From Octopus bimaculoides (taxonomy: Eukaryota): DNA of 64,000 nucleotides. The notes beneath the pieces are model-generated. The model had not been told where the DNA came from. It did not search any database and worked only from the letters and a program-made list of their open reading frames with translations. The stretch covers positions 53,616,755 to 53,680,754 of the forward strand of contig NC_068998.1 of the NCBI RefSeq assembly GCF_001194135.2, written 5' to 3'. A program made the translations under genes and the position numbers. Positions 27,228 to 40,241 of this stretch are shown one piece after another (within the stretch, counting starts at the first letter, position 1; each line of letters opens with the position of its first letter).

Positions 27228-28081
27228 GAAATGCTATATCAATCGGAACATCTAATTACTCGGTTATTTCCTACGTGAATTACTTCACATATGCACTGTT
27301 AAAATCATTCAAGCTTTACTGAGTAAGAGTCTATCATAATCACGTGAAAAATATATTCTGTAGCACTGCCTCCTCAAGACTTTATCTTGCAGATTTTGAG
27401 AATATATATTAAATCACTTGTAAATTTTGTAAGAAAATACTTAGTAACTTTAGAACATTTTTAAAAATATATTTTTACTTATTAAGATAAATTCGGTGTC
27501 TCTATATTATTGTGACAAATAAAAATGTCACAGAAAGTAAATATTTGCATCACAATAGCAGTGTAGTAGAAGCGAATTAACATAATTAATTCTACCCTTC
27601 TTCAACATTATCAGTTCCATTTTTATGTACCAATATAAAACACTATGATTCCTAACCATGAAGACACTGCCGATATCTGTTATCATATTTCTACCCGTCT
27701 TTGATTTTTTTTTTTTTTTTTTATATTCTATGGGCGGAAGCATGTTGTCAAAGAATTTGCTCATTGTTTTTGAAATCCTAGATAATGGTATCCGTGAAAA
27801 TTATTCAACTGTAAGGTTCTCCCAAAATATATTTTGGTGAGCACTTACGGCAATAGAAGAGAAGTGTATGGTGTTAGGTGTATTTCAGCTATGACGAATT
27901 GGTTAGATCAGGGTATTTGCTATTAATATTATTAGAACGCATTTTACGTTCTCAGTTCAAACACCGCTGAGTTCATATTCATCTTTCATCATTCTTGGGT
28001 TGATAAAGCATCTATCAGTGGATTAGGCTTTTAATTTTAATCAAATTTAACATTCATCCAAATCTCAGTTACTGAGTCTAC

Positions 28082-28154
28082 GCCAGAGATCAATACTGTT
28101 GTTCTATGCCAGAGATCAATGCTGTTGTTCTATGCCAGAGATCAATACTGTTGT
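28082..28154. repeat. Minisatellite, about 2.8 x 26 bp (GCCAGAGATCAATACTGTTGTTCTAT)
   Basis: Near-identical units with one substitution. Confidence 0.92.
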
Positions 28155-28479
28155 AAGCGTCCTTTGGCATCGTGGTTAAAAATCTCGCCGCCTTTAACGT
28201 TGATATTAAAATAAAGTACCAACCCAATAGAGGGATCGATTTAAGGCTCCGCACCTCCCCGACTAAATTTAATCACATAATATCTATCACATGCATAGAC
28301 ACGTCCTAACAGTGCAGTGTAAATTCTTTGAGTAGTGAGCCTTGATACTTTCAAAAAGAAGTCATCATAAGATATCTCATAAGATTTATATTCATTATTT
28401 GAAAACTTAACTATTTTACATACGATAAACGTCCCCAAATGGAAAATATAATGTACACATATTGATTTCAAATATTGGC

Positions 28480-29040
28480 GCAAGGCCAGCAATTTCGAGG
28501 GGAAGGGCGAGTCGATTACATCGATTCCAGTGCTCAATTGGTACTTCTTTTATTGACCTCGAATTGAGGAAAAGGAGAGTTGATCTCGGCGAAATTTGAA
28601 CACAGAACGTAAATACGGACGAAGTGTCGCTAAGCATTCTGTCCGGTGTGCTACCGATAGTGTCATCTCGCTGCGTTAACAATGTGCCAATATGAAATTC
28701 AACAAAATGACTAAATCTGCATAAAGTATACAACTATAAAAAAGTACGTATGATGGCTGAATTTAGAAAATTTCATGACCAGTTTTTAAAGAAAATTTTT
28801 CAAATTTAACAAGAACTACACGAATTTCTATTATACTACATTACACAATATGCCTGGAATTCTTCGGGCTATCCCATTAAAACGAGCTCGGTGTTTGACT
28901 GGGACTTGATTCAGCTACCCGGGGAGGTTCGAAGACAAGGTCGACCTCGGTGGCATTTGAACAAAAATCGTAAAAGCGGACATATTTGCTTCTAAGCATT
29001 TCAACCGGCGTGCTAACGATTCTACCGGTTCGCTGCCTTG
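28480..29040 (-). mobile_element. Two family A SINE copies (28480-28680 and 28860-29040)
   Basis: Both contain G(T/A)TGA(T/C)CTCGG..GG/AATTTGAAC and GCTAAGCATT...CCGG.GTGCTA.CGAT, as at 4750-4840. Confidence 0.75.
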
Positions 29041-29630
29041 CAAATCAATATCATAATAAAATCACGGGAAACGGATCTGAAAATATTTCAACCTGCAGAT
29101 AACAGAGATACAGTATTCTATAAATAATGATATTTTCCAAACACAATCTGGAACATTGATAAGGAAATAAGCAAGGCTTCCACAAAATCATTTCAGAGAC
29201 CGTTATAACAACAATAAAGAAAATGGGGGGAAACTAGAGATGCATTGTTTTTATCATGAATAAAGGCACAAATGCGCACGTGCTCGTAAGTTTATCTCTC
29301 TATCTACATATATGTCAATATATATATATATATAATTATATAAATATATATATGAATATATATATGCATTATATATAATATATTTAGATAGATAGATATA
29401 CATATATATACAATTACATATATAAATAGACACATACATACATACATATATATAATTGTGTATCGTATTTGCTTATACATGAGAAAATTTATCTATTTTC
29501 TCAATTTTTAATCTAGAACCACTTGAGAGAAGAATATTAAAAATACATTAGAGTTATGTATATAACAGCGCATGGTACTTCAGCAACAAGTTCTTAAAGA
29601 TACATGTTTTATGTATGTTTACAGAAATGT

Positions 29631-29663
<33 letters not shown>

Positions 29664-30265
29664 NNNNNNNNNNNNNNNNNNNNNNNNNNNNNNNNNNNNN
29701 NNNNNNNNNNNNNNNNNNNNNNNNNNNNNNNNNNNNNNNNNNNNNNNNNNNNNNNNNNNNNNNNNNNNNNNNNNNNNNNNNNNNNNNNNNNNNNNNNNNN
29801 NNNNNNNNNNNNNNNNNNNATATATATATACGTATAATACAATATGCACATCATTCCTTCCATGCATAAACATATACATCATGTAGGCGTATCTGGATGT
29901 GCACGTGTGTATGCATATACGTTTATCATAATTATCACCATTATCATCCCACAGCAACAGCAGCAGCAGCAGTTCCATATTTTAGACACCTCTTCTTTTC
30001 TGGAATATATTTTATCGTTTAGTATCAATCGTATGAACAGCTTTCTGAAATCTCTACTTTTCCTCTTGTATTCCATACATTCTATAATAATTACACTTTT
30101 CACAACACACTCCATCACACATCACAAGGCACCGGTATTTGGTTATAAGCCAGATTCTAAATTTTCAGGCAACTTCTTAGAATAAATGTCAACTGAGTTT
30201 CTAAAAACAAATTAAATTATAAAGAATATTTGAGATTAGAGACAAAAATGGAAGTATTAAATATC

Positions 30266-30328
<63 letters not shown>

Positions 30329-30396
30329 NNNNNNNNNNNNNNNNNNNNNNNNNNNNNNNNNNNNNNNNNNNNNNNNNNNNNNNNNNNNNNNNNNNN

Positions 30397-30442
<46 letters not shown>

Positions 30443-30479
30443 GTATATATGAATGCATAATACACGTGTGTGTGTAATA

Positions 30480-30511
<32 letters not shown>

Positions 30512-31438
30512 CATATGTATATATGCGTATATATGAATGCATAATACACATGTGTGTGTATATGCGTAGTTCTAAACACTCAGGATAAAAGCTTGCTTAT
30601 TAAATAGATAAGATTAAATATGATTTAACATTTCTATTTGTTTTCATTTTTATACTTGGAATGAGTCTTTAGAACACTTATCTAAATCAACTTTAATTTT
30701 TAGATTGAAAGCAATGTTGTACGTATGTCATACTTTAATCATTCTCAGTGTTGTTTATTCAACCGAAAAATAAAACAATTTAATACACTGAACTCGATTT
30801 TATTCCAGCTGAAGTAATATTTCCGGTTTTTCTGTCGTCATTCGATTTCATCTAATGCTTCTTAATGGGTAATTCTTCATTACAATATTTCATTACTGAA
30901 AAATGATTGTATCTCGTTAATTATTGTGGAAGTCAGTTACTGCAAACAATACACTAATACAAAAAAAATATGAATGAATGGGGTTAGAAGAACAAGTCGA
31001 ATCCCTGTCTTCCAGGCAACCTACTGCCTCCAGGTAACCTTCCTTCAAGGCAACATCCTGCCTTCCAGATAAACTCCTGCCCTGCATGCAACTTCCGGAT
31101 TTTAATTGCTTAAATGCACAAAATACGCAGAGAGAGAGGAATCACCATATGCGAAGTACGTTTCGCAATTTGCTGATTGACCTAAACTTTGTGTCTGAGT
31201 TTACCTCTTCAATTATCGTTCGTCTCGGACTCATTCCGAGCATTTTTCATTCATAGCCCATATATTTCGAAAGGAAAAGTTTAATAATATATATATATAT
31301 ATGCACTAGTTGCTCCGATGGAGTAATTACCACATATTCAGAAATAAGTTATAGGGTTTTCTTCAGCTAGACCCTTCGAATAACTGAAACGAGTATGTGA
31401 TAAAAGATGTGTACATGCATGTACACACACAAACACAC

Positions 31439-31507
<69 letters not shown>

Positions 31508-31689
31508 CAACATGAACAGGAATAAGAATAAAGAAAATCACATCAATGATGATGTTAATTCTATTTGCATTTATTGGTGTCTGATTTATTTAACCAAGTT
31601 CACTTATTCCTGAGTGCTTTCTAGATATCTACCTGGATTTATTGATCCGTTTTACCTGTTGTTATATACTTACATATGTATGTGTGTGT

Positions 31690-31722
<33 letters not shown>

Positions 31723-32267
31723 GACTTTTACATGCATTTGCATATAGATGTAGGCCAATTCCAAATTATTTGCATTCTGTCTTTTTCACATAATAGCATT
31801 AACATGGAAATTGCAGCGATATATTTTGATTTATGACTTCAATGGATGCCTTCCGTTTCATACAGCACCTATATTTTTTTCTTGTTCTGCAATTTCTGTA
31901 CATAATTTAAGCATCATATACCTTTTCGATAATCTTGTTTTTATGAAGAAATAATTGATGTGAATAATTCAGGAAATCTCAGTGTTCAAACTCGAATCAA
32001 TGTCTGGCATGTAAGCATAATACATATTACTATACGGCTACTGTATGCTTCGCGTTTCTAAGATTTCATGTATATGAAGGAAATCCATTCCTACCGGATT
32101 TTCAGGAGACGGCGCACCTAGTTCCTGTAATATTTCCCTCATGTCTCTCTTTGTTACTTGTATTTTATTGTTAAATATAGCTACAGGAATAGGAGAAATA
32201 TTGTCTTCCGCTCATTGCATATCAATACAGTCCGATCAATATCATAAAAATATCTTTGTATTTTAGG

Positions 32268-32421
<154 letters not shown>

Positions 32422-32627
32422 CGTGAATATGTGATTATGTGTGCGTGTCTGTGTAGGTAAAATCATCAAAACAGCCATTGACTCATAAGGCCTGTTTCCG
32501 TTGCAGAATTCCGCATCTTCGCCGGATGAATAGACTGGAGCCAACGAAAACAAAAGTGTTTTGTAGAGGAACACAACGCATCGCCCAGTTCCCGAATCGA
32601 AAACGCGATGTTAAAATCATGGGTGAA

Positions 32628-32676
32628 GCACCCTATCTGCTGAGCCATATTATTTATGGCTCAGCAGATAGGGTGC
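32628..32676. repeat. Perfect inverted repeat, 22-bp arms and 5-nt loop
   Basis: GCACCCTATCTGCTGAGCCATA-TTATT-TATGGCTCAGCAGATAGGGTGC. Confidence 0.97.
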
Positions 32677-33447
32677 AGATATATATATACATTTATGTGT
32701 TTATATATGTATCTCGGAATGCCTAAATGTATACACCCATGTAGACATCCCGACCAAGCTCACATTGACAAATTTTGGGCTGTCACAATTACAAGTTATT
32801 ACTTTACCGTTTTATAGGCAGAAATATTTATGTGAAGATGAGAAATATATCATTTTTATTTAATGCGTTAATGTATTCATATTTGCTGCTAGGTTGAAGC
32901 AATTTTCTCGTTTGTGATAGATAGATGTGAATTGTCACTTGTCTATAATTACTAATTTCGTTTCCTCTGCTGCTAATGTTTTCTGTTTTTTCTTCAGCAA
33001 CTTTTAACCAGTTTCTATGCAACAATAGTTATTAGTTAGAGTTACTGAACGTGCTGTAGCTGTTCTTGTTGTAAGAACGACCACATAGATATTAGGAGAA
33101 GCAAATAAACGAATTATATTAAATCTAAGTTACACACACACACACACACACACACACATCTATATATATGAATATATGTCTATGTAATATATATGAAAAA
33201 GTGCTTAGAGTTTGTGTATTTGTATGATAGGGGGAGGGGGGTTCTGTCCTTCACCACAACTTGTGAACCAGCATTCATTTTGTGTGCCCGAAACTTAGCC
33301 ATAATGCGGAGAGAATGATGAGCAGAAGGTTTAAAAACCATTATCAGTAAGGATCAATTTGTTCGACTGAACCCTTCCAGGCGATTCCTTGGCGTCACCC
33401 GTGTCCAACGGCTGAAAGAAGTAAGAACAAAGAGACATAAAAAAGAA

Positions 33448-33740
33448 ACAGGCGCAGGCGTGGGTACAGGCACAGATGTAGCCCCAGTCACAAGGCACAG
33501 GCGGAACTACAGGCGCAGGTGTAGCCACAGCCGCAAGGCACAGGCACGGCTGCAAATGCAGGCGTAGCCACAGCCGCAGGCACAGGTATGGCTACAGGCG
33601 TAGCTACAGGTGCAGGTGTGGCTACAGGTGCAGGCGTAGCCACAGCCGCAGGCATGGCTACAGCCGCCGGTTACAGCCGCTGGCGTAGCTACAGCCGCAG
33701 ACATGCCTACAGTCGCAGGCGTAGCTACAGGCGCAGGCGT
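33448..33740. repeat. Degenerate GC-rich array of about 18-bp units (ACAGGCGCAGGCGTAGCT-like) built from 6-mers
   Basis: Repeated ACAGGC/GCAGGC/GTAGCT/ACAGCC words; the last unit is the 5' end of the family B SINE. Confidence 0.9.
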
Positions 33741-34095
33741 GTCTGTGTAGTAAGAAGCTTGCTTCCTAACGACATGGTTCCGGGGTCAGTCCCACTACGT
33801 GGCACCTTGGGCAAGTGTCTTCTACTATAGCCTGGGGATTTTGTAGACGGAAACTGAAAGAAGCCTGTCGTGTGTATATGTGTGTGTGCGTGCGTGTGTG
33901 TGGGTGTCAGTGTTTCCTCGCCCCACCCATATTGGTGTGTTTACATCCCCGTAACTTAGCGTTTCGCCAAAATAGACCAAGAGAATAAGTACTAGGCCTA
34001 CAAAGAATAAGTTCTGAAGACGATTTGTTCGGCTAAAGGCAATGCTCTAACATGGCCGCATTCAAATGGCTAAAACAAGTAAAAGAATAAAAGAA
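33727..34095 (+). mobile_element. tRNA-derived SINE, family B, with long 3' tail
   Basis: GGCGCAGGCGTGTCTGTGTAGTAAGAAGCTTGCTTCC...TCAGTCCCACTACGTGGCACCTTGGGCAAGTGTCTTCTACTATAGCC...GACGGAAACTGAAAGAAGCC, a (TG)n linker, and a tail ending AAGAATAAAAGAAT. Confidence 0.82.
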
Positions 34096-34111
34096 TATAT
34101 ACATACATAAA

Positions 34112-34675
34112 AAGCTGGCACTCCGTCAGTTACGACGACGAGTTTTCCAGCTGATTCGATCAACGGAACATACTACTCGTGAAATTAACGCGCAAGTGGC
34201 TTAGTACTCCACATGCATGCATACCCTGAACATAGTCCTCAGTGAGTTTGAAATAGTCCTCAGTGAGTTTGAAATAGTCCTCAGTGAGTTTGAAATAGTC
34301 CTCAGTGAGTTTGAAATAGTCCTCAGTGAGTTTGAAATAGTCCTCAGTGAGTTTGAAATAGTCCTCAGTGAGTTTGAAATAGTCCTCAGTGAGTTTGAAA
34401 TAGTCCTCAGTGAGTTTGAAATAGTCCTCAGTGAGTTTGAAATAGTCCTCAGTGAGTTTGAAATAGTCCTCAGTGAGTTTGAAACTGAGCTTGAAACAGA
34501 ATGTGACAGAGCTGGCCCCTTTCAAATATATGTAAAACTCATTTTTGTCAGCCGAGAGAAGTGGAGCAACGTGAAATAAGATGTCTGGCACAACAACACA
34601 ACGCGTCACCAGGAATCGAACTCAGGATCTTATGATCGTGGTGCGAATACTCTAACCACTAACTCAGACACCTTC
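34112..34675 (-). mobile_element. tRNA-derived SINE, family D, containing a minisatellite
   Basis: Minus head AGTGGTTAGAGTATTCGC...GAGTTCGATTCC, core TTATTTCACGTTGCTCCAC...AAAAATGAGT, tail ending CGTCGTAACTGACGGAGTGCC. Homologous to 21660-21950. Confidence 0.8.
34232..34483. repeat. Perfect minisatellite, 12 x 21 bp (ATAGTCCTCAGTGAGTTTGAA)
   Basis: Twelve identical head-to-tail units; gives (IVLSEFE)12 in the ORF track. Confidence 0.98.
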
Positions 34676-35327
34676 ATTAACGCATATACGTACATACAAC
34701 CTCAATTTAGTCATAGCTTGCCAGAAACATTTTCAGAAACATTATTAGTGATCATTATACACATTCAGATAGCGTTGGTGTTTGTTTCTTTATGTAGATT
34801 TTTTTGTATTTGTGACTATGTGCGCATGCGTATTTCTCAGCTGGTGATGATGGTAGTAGTGTTGGTTCTAAGTAAGCTTTCACGCATTATATATTCAGTT
34901 TGACAGTTTCCAATAACATACTATTATATTCATAGCTAATCGTCTATATTATATTGTTATCTTCAATATTACATCCGGAGATAAAGCATATAATTTCTAA
35001 TATATTTAGCTATCTTGCATTTTTAGATTTCATTATAAATCAACCATTTTTTCTCTGCTATTCTGTCTGCAGTTCTGAGCGTGTATTTCGAGACTTACGC
35101 CACGTCATTCTGCGCCCATATATTCCGAGAACGGACATGGGTGTAGGGTCCACAAATACCTCAAACATAGAGCCCTATCAGAATCAATTGTCATTTCGTT
35201 TTCCACCAGAATTCCGAAACGTGAACGACTGAGATGAAGGGTAATACAGGTAGTCATGATGGGTATATCGGGTTTCGTACATTTGTATCCCAGTGTTACT
35301 TTGGTGGCATGCACTGCTCTCTCACTC

Positions 35328-35383
<56 letters not shown>

Positions 35384-36214
35384 GAGGTCGTGTAAATTGC
35401 CCATTACTACGATGCAATCAACTGGTCTTGTGTTAGCTAGCGGTAACGAGCAACGGTCATTGTGTACGAATTGCTCGTGTTGAACGGGGAAAATGTTTTG
35501 CGTCTGTAAAATTAATTCTCTAAATGTTTAGTTTACGCGGGAGACGTCCAATTTCTATTGATTGGAAAACGCAGGTGTGTACGTATGTAAATACGTGCGG
35601 CGTGTGTATATAAATATATATATAGATAGATATTATTGTACGTGTGCGTATGTGTTTGTGCATGTGCGTTAGTAGGTTTAACGTCTTCCTCTACGTACGC
35701 TAGTCTCCGTGTGTATTTCTGCGAATATTTTTAGGATACTTGTCACCGAAGCTAATCTATGTTTTACAAACACTAGTATATTATTACTCTTTGACCGTAT
35801 GGGAATCGGCAACGCTACAAGCTTCAACAAGCGCCGATCTGCAGAATGGGTAACCAATGAACTGAAGTTAATTTGTTCCGATACTAAAACATGTACTTCT
35901 ATTCTTTAAAAACATTTGTCGAGAGCAAAATATCATTCTTTACCCACTTTCATTCTCTGCATTCATTACTCTTTTTCTTCATTGAATCTATCTCTCGCTT
36001 TCTCTCTCTATCACTCGCTTTCTCTCTCTTTCTTTCTCTTCCTCACTCGCTCTCCTCTTCTCCCTCTCCTTTATGAGTTCCGTTCTCATTGATACTGGTG
36101 TATCCGTTACTCTTCCTATATGTATTAACACTTAAAATTACTCTGAAGTTTCTACACACGCTTCACAATTTTAATACCGCCATCCGTACCACCGCTGCGC
36201 CGTAGTGTTTGTAG

Positions 36215-36637
36215 TTCTTAGCTCACGATTGTTAGGTTGTCAGTTCGATTCATGGCGGCGCTTGTGTTCTTGCGCAAAGCATTTTATCTCACGTTGCCAA
36301 ATTAATGCGAATACTATAAACATACGTCGAGCTTGCGACCGTGAGGTTGTGAGTTCGAATCCCGGACCGGGCTGCGTGTTGTGTTCTTGAGTAAGACACT
36401 TAATTTTACGTTTGCTCCAGTTCACTCAGCTGTAGAAATGAGTTGCGACGTCACAGGTGCCAAGCTGTATCGGCCCCTTTGCCTTTCCCTTGTATAACAT
36501 CCGTGGCGTGAAGAGGGGCGGCCGGTATGCATGGGTGACTGCTGGTCTTCCATAAACAACCTTGCCCAGACCTGTGCCTCGGAGGGTAACTTTCTAGGTG
36601 CAATCCCATGGTCAATCATGACCGAAGGGGGTCTCAT
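36215..36637 (+). mobile_element. tRNA-derived SINE (family D head/core, different tail) preceded by a degenerate duplicate head
   Basis: B-box GAGTTCGAATCC at 36351, core GTGTTCTTGAGTAAGACACTT...GCTCCAGTTCACTCAGCTGTAGAAATGAGT, tail ending CATGACCGAAGGGGGTCTC (also seen at 24505-24590). An older head copy lies at 36215-36295. Confidence 0.8.
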
Positions 36638-36945
36638 ACACACACACACACACAAACTCTGTTTATAATCCTGTAATTAAATGGTACGAATGGAGTTAAG
36701 ATGTTCACAGTTCACCTGTAATGATAGACATAACCACATTCTTGGAAATATCCTCAGGATGATTTTAAAACGTTGTTCGCACATTATTCACTCAGCGCTT
36801 TCAACATTTTCTAAAGTTTCGGCCATTTTTTTTATATCATTGTGAACAAACTTTTTTAGCGGTGGGCCTTCGCGTGAAGGTTTTCTATGCTATGTATATA
36901 TTCGTAATTTAGCAAACAAATGTATTGATCTTTAGCACAAAACCA

Positions 36946-37020
<75 letters not shown>

Positions 37021-37297
37021 GGGTGATGCTGTGATGGTGATATTGAATAAAAAATTTTAATCCTCTCCATTCTTAACTTTAGCCTGCTAGGAAACAAGGA
37101 TAAGAGAAACGTTTTAATCCCCAACAGAAATCGAAGCAATAATCTACACTGTACCTATTGATTACATGTACCTAACGATCTTACGTAATTTCTATATATA
37201 CTCACACACACATATATACACATACATACATATATATTTATATATACTTACATATACTTATATGTATATGTGTATAACATATACTTATATGTATATA

Positions 37298-37329
<32 letters not shown>

Positions 37330-37350
37330 GTATGTGTGTGCGTATGTATG

Positions 37351-37393
<43 letters not shown>

Positions 37394-37745
37394 ATATATA
37401 GTACGTAAATTTTGGTAAAGAAAATCTCCGTTATGTCATAATTCCCTGAATCAATGTTTTTCTTTCCTTTCAATAATAATCTTTGAGATCAAACAATTTG
37501 ATGGTTGAACATTTTAAAACCTTCAGTAATTCCACCCACCAGACTTCTTTTCTTATCTTTTTTTGTTCTTTTGCACTGAAACAAAAATGATGAAGGGAAA
37601 AGCGCGGAAGTGTTTTAAAATAAATCTTCAATCTTCTTAAATATTTAAAATGTAAATTTCAAGTGTGAAGCTCAACAAATAAACACTTGATGACAACCGA
37701 TTAACTCAAGACAATCTTCACAATAATATTATTTGAGTTGTTCCT

Positions 37746-37910
37746 TAAGGCTGCAAGCTGGTGGAATCGTTAAAACGCTGACACAAATGCTTGGTAACAT
37801 TTCGTCCGTCTTTACAGCCTGAGTTCAAATACCACCGAGATCCACTTTGGCTTTCAGCCCTTCCAGCCTCGACAAAATAGGCACCATTTAAGCACTAGGA
37901 TTGATGTTTC
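37746..37910 (+). mobile_element. SINE family A copy
   Basis: GGCTGCAAGCTGGTGGAATCGTTAAAACGC...GAGTTCAAATACCACCGAG. Confidence 0.7.
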
Positions 37911-37984
37911 GAAAAATCACAAAGCCAAGTATATTTTAACGAAGAAACTTTCATTCTTCTTGTAATTACTCTTGAAGGCAAGTA

Positions 37985-38270
37985 CTCAAGAGGTTAAATA
38001 GCTGCACTCACGACCAAAGTTTGTGGTTCCGATTCCTAAACCGGGTGCTGTGTTGTGTATAGTTTCTATTCCCAAAGAGAACGGTGCTGGTGACCATTAG
38101 CAAAGCACTTCTTTTCTCGCTGCTCCAGTTCACTCAACTCTAAATGGGTTCCATCAATACTAAGAAAGGTTAACCTGCGAAGGACTGGCGCCCCGTCCAG
38201 CGAAAAGATTTCTAACCTCAGATAGTTATACGCCATGAAACTCTTGAGTTCGGCCCTCATAAGTCCGAGG
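37985..38270 (+). mobile_element. tRNA-derived SINE with V-domain-like segment
   Basis: GGTTCCGATTCC B-box, GCTCCAGTTCACTCAACTCTAAATGGGT core, then AACCTGCGAAGGACTGGCGCCCCGTCCAG (38172-38200), resembling the V-SINE conserved box. Confidence 0.55.
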
Positions 38271-38879
38271 CTTCATGAAAGACCCAAGCTAAACTAACTA
38301 TTCCTGAAGACTTCTCAAACCACTCTTTTGGCTCCTGTAACAAGTTAGTGAAAAACAATTAACACCCTCAAAAGCAAAATTCACGATATCCTCTTCCCAA
38401 AATGTTGTTACCTATCTGTGATTGATACCATTCAGAGTTGAAATAAATTTTATATAAAGAAGTAACAAATTATGTATTTCTGCTTATTTAATATTCAAAA
38501 CTTCTAAATTTCAATGAGAAACATTTTCCAGAGAGGAATTCTATTCATTAAATTGAGTGGTGTATCATTAAAGCAAGGAAACGGAAACCAATTAAAGAGT
38601 AATTATTAGTTAACTAGTTGGTCAACATGGTATTATTGTCAATATACGTTCTGTTGAAATATTTAAACATATACGCTTAAAAGAGTCGCACAAATGTGTA
38701 TAGAAAGACCACGAATTTATACATGTGTATATGTGTATATATGTACGCATGTATATAATATATATATATATACCAACACATGCACAAACATGTATACTTA
38801 CATAAGTAAATATATACTTTTGTACACCCCCCTTCCCGTAACATACAGACAAGCGCACCCACGCGCACGCAAAAAGACT

Positions 38880-38921
<42 letters not shown>

Positions 38922-39085
38922 TTGTATGTCTTATGAATGTGTGTGTGAGTGTGTGTTTACATAACTATGGATGTTAAATGCAAATCGGCGATATTTAATC
39001 CGACGATAGAACCAGCAAATAAAAAGCATGGAGAAAATTTACATTAAACAGTTGTCAGTTATGATGATGATAATGGTGGTGGTTG

Positions 39086-39119
<34 letters not shown>

Positions 39120-40204
39120 TATCATCATCGTCATCATCTTTTTCTTCTTTTCTTCATAATAATAATAATAGTGATAATATTAAGACAATGAAGAATACTG
39201 GAGAATATATATATTTATTTGAAATTACGTTGTTTGAAATCACCTCAGTTTTGAAGGTGTTTTTCTGAAATAGACAGAGATGACATTGAAAAACTACATG
39301 CAACGTGTGCACGCATCCAAACGCCTCCACAACTCCTCACAAAAGATATTTTCATAGTTTTATATACTTTTTGTGGTGTTTTTTAATGCTTTATCTTTCA
39401 ATTCATTGTCTTTGGGAACATGCACATTTATCTCTTCCTGCCTAACAATTTATCATTTCTTCATCTCGCCTCTCTCATTGCACCTTTTATAACTTTAAAT
39501 AACATCATTTAAAATATCAAAGTCTTCAATGGTGAGGAATTTTCTATTTAGCTAAGTTTTATGTATCAATAATATACAGGAAACACACACGCTCACACAC
39601 ACATTTCCATACATACGTACACACACACACATATGTATATTATATATATATATACATACACAGGAACGTATGTATGCAAAAGTGTGTGTGTGTGTGTGTG
39701 TCTGTCTGTGTGTGTGTGTGTGTGTGTGTGATATCATCTGCTTTCAATCATTTATATTTTTCCACTGAGGAAGCAGCTGGTTTCAAAACAAAAATGAAAA
39801 GCTTCATTCTTGAAACGTAGATAACGAAAGCCATCTCACGTTTTGAACTGGAGAAGCGTTGCATGTTTTTACTGTTCCAACCAAAGAGAGTGTTTTTAAT
39901 GTGCGAGTCAGTTGTTTGATTTCTTTTAATGAAAACTCAAACTTACTCATAATGTCAGTTGGGCATTTTAGACACGAAATCAAGTTCAACAATTATATTT
40001 ATATAAATGGCAACTTCGAAGCAGTTGTCCATTGTTATCCTAGCTCGAAGGTTCATCGTAGTTGTCCATAGCTATCCAGATGTATGCATGTACGTATGTA
40101 TTTATTTTTGTGCCTGTATGTGTGTGTGTGTGTTTATTGTGTATTTTTTAATATATTCTATAAAGTTTCGAACCTGGGTTCTCATTCTTAAGGTATTTGT
40201 CGAT

Positions 40205-40241
<37 letters not shown>

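Noticed and set aside
31306-31325. Third Helitron 3' end on the minus strand
   Set aside because: The hairpin has only 4 bp and the spacer to CTAG is only 3 nt; compatible with chance.
33588-33830. ATGAGV-repeat ORF as a real structural protein
   Set aside because: It shifts register midway and runs into a SINE body, so there is no evidence of a gene.
34232-34483. CRISPR-like array
   Set aside because: Units are directly head-to-tail with no spacers, there are no cas genes, and the context is eukaryotic.
36320-36370. tRNA gene
   Set aside because: A/B-box-like motifs run into SINE body sequence and no acceptor stem or cloverleaf forms; the same applies to 34600-34675 and 40260-40330.
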